Source of the DNA: a virus
Taxonomy: Duplodnaviria; Caudoviricetes
IMG/VR virus record: IMGVR_UViG_3300036770_001578
Coordinates: 1 to 56,826 of that record
Reading direction: 5' to 3' (one strand)
DNA: 56,826 nucleotides
The translations under genes were made by a program, and so were the position numbers. Below the pieces are notes generated by a model, which was not told the DNA's origin, ran no database searches, and saw only the letters and a list, made by a program, of their open reading frames with translations. Below are positions 53,872-56,826 of the stretch, one piece after another. The stretch's first letter is position 1; the number at the start of each line of letters is the position of its first letter.

Positions 53872-54980
53872 GCGTCTTAGCCGTCAACGCAGTAACTGAT
53901 GCCAACGGTGGTAACACCGCCACGATAAACAGCATGACCCCTACTGCGGATAGTTTGCAGGGCTTTCGCAACCGCATCATCAATGGTGACATGAGGATTG
54001 ACCAGAGGAATGCTGGTGCTACTATTTCTACTACTGGTTACCCAGTTGATCGTTTTGGTTTGGTAGAACAAACAAGTGCAACTTTTACTGCGGGACAAAG
54101 TACAACTGCACCAGCAGGATTTACAAATTCGTTTTTATTGACTATCGGTACTGGAGCAAGTGCGACTTCAACGCAGTATGCTATTTTGAATCAAAAAATA
54201 GAGGGATATAATTCTTCTGATTTTGGCTTTGGAACGGCAGATGCAAAAAATGCAACCTTATCTTTTTGGGTTCGTTCCAGTGTTTCTGGAATATATTGCG
54301 CTTCGTTGAAAAATACAAATGGAAGTAGAACATATATTAAAGAATATACAATTTCTGCCGCTGATACTTGGGAGTACAAAATAATAACTTTCCCAGGCGA
54401 TACATCAGGAACTTGGGGGACAGGTAATGGAGTCGGTCTAAGTGTGTATTTTGATTTTGGTTCTGGCTCAGGAACGCCAACTGGTACGGCAGATAGTTGG
54501 ATAACAACAAACGCTACAAGAACCTCAAATCAAACAGACTTTGTAAACAACTCTGGCGCAACTTGGTACATAACAGGAGCCCAACTAGAAGTCGGTAGTG
54601 TCGCCACGCCTTTTGAGCGCAGACCTTATGGGACTGAGTTAAGTCTGTGTCAGAGGTATGCACTTAAATACAATACTGATGCAATAGTTTATGCCTTTAT
54701 TGGTGCAGGATATGCTACAAGCACAACTAATGCAAATATATCGTTGCCGTTGCCTGTTCAAATGAGAACTGCGCCAACAGCAACCGCTAGTAATTTAATG
54801 GTTCAGGATGGAACTACGATTACAGCGGTTACTGCAACGGCAGTAGTAACGAACCAAACAAACTCTCTAAATGCTTTTGTTCAGGCTACTGTTGCAAGCG
54901 GATTAACCGCATTTAGACCTTATCAATTACAAACCAACAACAATACTGCTGGATATTTGTTGTTAAGTGCGGAGTTATAA
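53868..54980 (+). CDS. tail fibre / receptor-binding protein
   Basis: [16 protein letters not shown]...[26 protein letters not shown]...SAEL. Confidence 0.8.
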   Translation: MSVLAVNAVTDANGGNTATINSMTPTADSLQGFRNRIINGDMRIDQRNAGATISTTGYPVDRFGLVEQTSATFTAGQSTTAPAGFTNSFLLTIGTGASATSTQYAILNQKIEGYNSSDFGFGTADAKNATLSFWVRSSVSGIYCASLKNTNGSRTYIKEYTISAADTWEYKIITFPGDTSGTWGTGNGVGLSVYFDFGSGSGTPTGTADSWITTNATRTSNQTDFVNNSGATWYITGAQLEVGSVATPFERRPYGTELSLCQRYALKYNTDAIVYAFIGAGYATSTTNANISLPLPVQMRTAPTATASNLMVQDGTTITAVTATAVVTNQTNSLNAFVQATVASGLTAFRPYQLQTNNNTAGYLLLSAEL

Positions 54981-56010
54981 AAATGTATAAATTAGGCAAT
55001 ACAGATAACTTAACACAACAACCAATTTGCATTTGGCGTTTATCGGATAACGCATCCATCCCTTTCGACCCCATGAACAGCGATTACGTTGAGTATCTTC
55101 GATGGCTCTCTGAAGGCAACGAACCTTTACCCGCAGACGGAGAATAACGTGGCATCGATAATTAACGCTACAGTGACAAGTCCGGGTGGATTAGTTTCCA
55201 CCGGGGACAACACGAACGAACTAAAGATCCAGACTGGCGAGACCGACGCCGTTACGGTTAACTCTTCTCAAGTCGTAGCGTTTAACAACCCCATAGTGGT
55301 CGCTGGCAACACAATCTCCGCTGACAACAGCCTCGGGTTTAGAAACCGCATCATCAATGGTGACATGAGGATTGACCAGAGGAATGCTGGTGCGGCGGTG
55401 ACTGCTAACGGTGCGTATCCTGTCGATAGGTTTATTGCAAATAATTCAAATGATGGTGCTTATTCAGCACAAAGAGATACGGTAGCACCAACCGGTTTTA
55501 TAAATTCTTTGAAATGGACAACAACAACCGCAGATGGGAGTCTTTCGGCTTCGCAGTATGCCGGAATTGGTCAACTAATTGAAGGTTTTAATACTGCTGA
55601 TTTAGCGTGGGGTAGTGCTAATGCCAAAACTGTAACATTTTCATTTTGGGTTCGTTCTAGTTTAACTGGAACATTTGGAGGCGCATTAAGAAATTCTGCG
55701 GCAAATCGTTCTTATCCATTTACTTATTCAATTTCTGTTGCCGATACATGGGAATATAAAACTGTAACGGTTGCTGGCGATACTAGCGGAACTTGGGTTA
55801 CTGATAATGGTGTTGGTATCCGAGTTTTTTTTGGTTTAGGTGCTGGAACTGATTGGTCTGGAACCGCTGGTGCATGGAACTCAAACAATAACCTTACTGC
55901 CACAGGCGCAGTATCAGTCATCGGCACTCTCAACGCCACTTTCTATGTAACAGGAGTCCAACTAGAAGTCGGTAGTGTCGCCACGCCGTTTGAGCGCAGA
56001 CCTTATGGGA
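53970..56010 (+). repeat. direct repeats shared by paralogous fibre genes
   Basis: 50 bp identical at 53970-54019/55344-55393; 63 bp with 2 mismatches at 54571-54633/55948-56010. Confidence 0.85.
54983..55147 (+). CDS. small fibre chaperone (not in ORF track)
   Basis: MYKL...RLSDNASIPFDPMNSDYVEYLRWLSEGNEPLPAD. Confidence 0.7.
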   Translation: MYKLGNTDNLTQQPICIWRLSDNASIPFDPMNSDYVEYLRWLSEGNEPLPADGE

Positions 56011-56288
56011 TGGAGTTGGCGTTGTGTCAGAGGTATTATGAACTGTATGACGGCGGCATTTTGTTTCTTACAAAATTAAGAGAATCAGATAGAAATCGTT
56101 ACGGCAACTTCTTTCTTAAAGTAACTAAGAGGGCCTCTGCTACTATAACTTTGATTACATCAAGTACAGATGGCGGTGGGGCTATTAATGCAACAGGTGG
56201 CATTGATGGTGGAGTTTTTAGTAGTTTGTCCACAGCGGATAATCAAGCCCCAAATGTAACAAAATTTAGTGCGTCTGCGGAGTTGTAA
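55149..56288 (+). CDS. tail fibre / receptor-binding protein (paralogue of 53868-54980)
   Basis: Same [10 protein letters not shown] and [17 protein letters not shown] boxes; start reassigned to GTG 55149. Confidence 0.8.
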   Translation: MASIINATVTSPGGLVSTGDNTNELKIQTGETDAVTVNSSQVVAFNNPIVVAGNTISADNSLGFRNRIINGDMRIDQRNAGAAVTANGAYPVDRFIANNSNDGAYSAQRDTVAPTGFINSLKWTTTTADGSLSASQYAGIGQLIEGFNTADLAWGSANAKTVTFSFWVRSSLTGTFGGALRNSAANRSYPFTYSISVADTWEYKTVTVAGDTSGTWVTDNGVGIRVFFGLGAGTDWSGTAGAWNSNNNLTATGAVSVIGTLNATFYVTGVQLEVGSVATPFERRPYGMELALCQRYYELYDGGILFLTKLRESDRNRYGNFFLKVTKRASATITLITSSTDGGGAINATGGIDGGVFSSLSTADNQAPNVTKFSASAEL

Positions 56289-56290
56289 TT

Positions 56291-56452
56291 ATGTATAAAA
56301 AACTAATCAACATATTAACAAATCAAGAGGCTCAGGTGGTAAAGCGCCTATCCGACAACGCATTCATCCCCTTCGACCCCGCAAACACAGATTACCAAGA
56401 GTATTTAAAATGGTTAGCAGAAGGAAACCAACCGGAGCCAGCAGATGAGTAG
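56291..56452 (+). CDS. small fibre chaperone (not in ORF track)
   Basis: MYKK...[35 protein letters not shown]. Confidence 0.7.
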   Translation: MYKKLINILTNQEAQVVKRLSDNAFIPFDPANTDYQEYLKWLAEGNQPEPADE

Positions 56453-56826
56453 CATATCGGCAGGATTAAGTAACGGCACAGCCTTGGTCTCCACTGGAGA
56501 CACGACGGGCGAACTTGTGCTAAAAACCAACGGCGGCACCACTGCGGTCACAATCGGCACAGACCAGTCGGTTACTTTTGCGGCTGGGGTAGTAACAACC
56601 TCTCCAACCGTACTGCCAGCCGGTACAGCCTCAGCCCCCGCCCTCACCACCACAGGCGACACCAACACAGGCATCTTCTTCCCTGCTGCTGACACCATAG
56701 CCTTTGCAGAAGGTGGGGCAGAGGCGATGCGTATCGACTCCAGCGGTATCGTACTGACTGGGCTTTCTTCTGCGCTTACTGTTTCGGGAGCGTCTGCTTG
56801 GCAGCAGCAATTAGCTGGAACAGGGG
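56445..56826 (+). CDS. tail fibre (partial, runs off window)
   Basis: MSSISAG...[43 protein letters not shown]. Confidence 0.75.
   Translation, partial: MSSISAGLSNGTALVSTGDTTGELVLKTNGGTTAVTIGTDQSVTFAAGVVTTSPTVLPAGTASAPALTTTGDTNTGIFFPAADTIAFAEGGAEAMRIDSSGIVLTGLSSALTVSGASAWQQQLAGTG

Noticed and set aside
53868-56288. Diversity-generating retroelement TR/VR pair
   Set aside because: No reverse transcriptase in the window; both copies are coding and the mismatches (C/T, T/G) are not adenine-specific
1-56826. Alternative genetic code
   Set aside because: Conserved genes are intact under the standard code, and TAA, TAG and TGA all end genes

Overview
This window is most of a circularly permuted, podovirus-type tailed phage genome, probably infecting a freshwater or soil betaproteobacterium (inferred from mosaic small genes and CTGT-N8-ACAG-type SOS boxes). 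Positions 1-15.2 kb (+) hold a tail gene end, ejection/internal virion proteins, a GNAT and a 3433-aa polyvalent protein (zincin, HhH-like, several ART-like, PBECR-like and LPD38-like modules). Positions 15.1-33.9 kb are mostly minus-strand early/middle genes: Ref-like nuclease, arm-less tyrosine recombinase, DUF3310, Erf, Cas4-like nuclease, Rap1a-like protein, split CobT/vWA, CobS-like AAA+ and SprT-like protein, with RusA, HNH and a primase-helicase on +. Positions 34.2-56.8 kb (+) hold terS, a LexA-type DNA-binding protein, terL, portal, co-chaperonin, scaffold, capsid, basic proteins, adaptors and tandem tail-fibre/chaperone cassettes. No DNA polymerase, lysin, tRNA or CRISPR array was seen. 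The most notable signals are non-coding. (1) Two complete hammerhead ribozymes (type I and type III) sit in the early operon, each just upstream of an RBS. (2) A promoter-to-terminator ~85-nt sRNA has two stem-loop segments complementary to 19 contiguous nt over the primase-helicase RBS and start codon, and partly to other GGAGGCUC RBSs. (3) The palindrome GTTTAAAC occurs 25 times by hand count against about 1 expected, including in promoters, and is absent from the last 11 kb. (4) Abutting SOS-box-like repeats lie upstream of a stand-alone LexA DNA-binding domain. Protein family calls come from motif recognition, not database searches.
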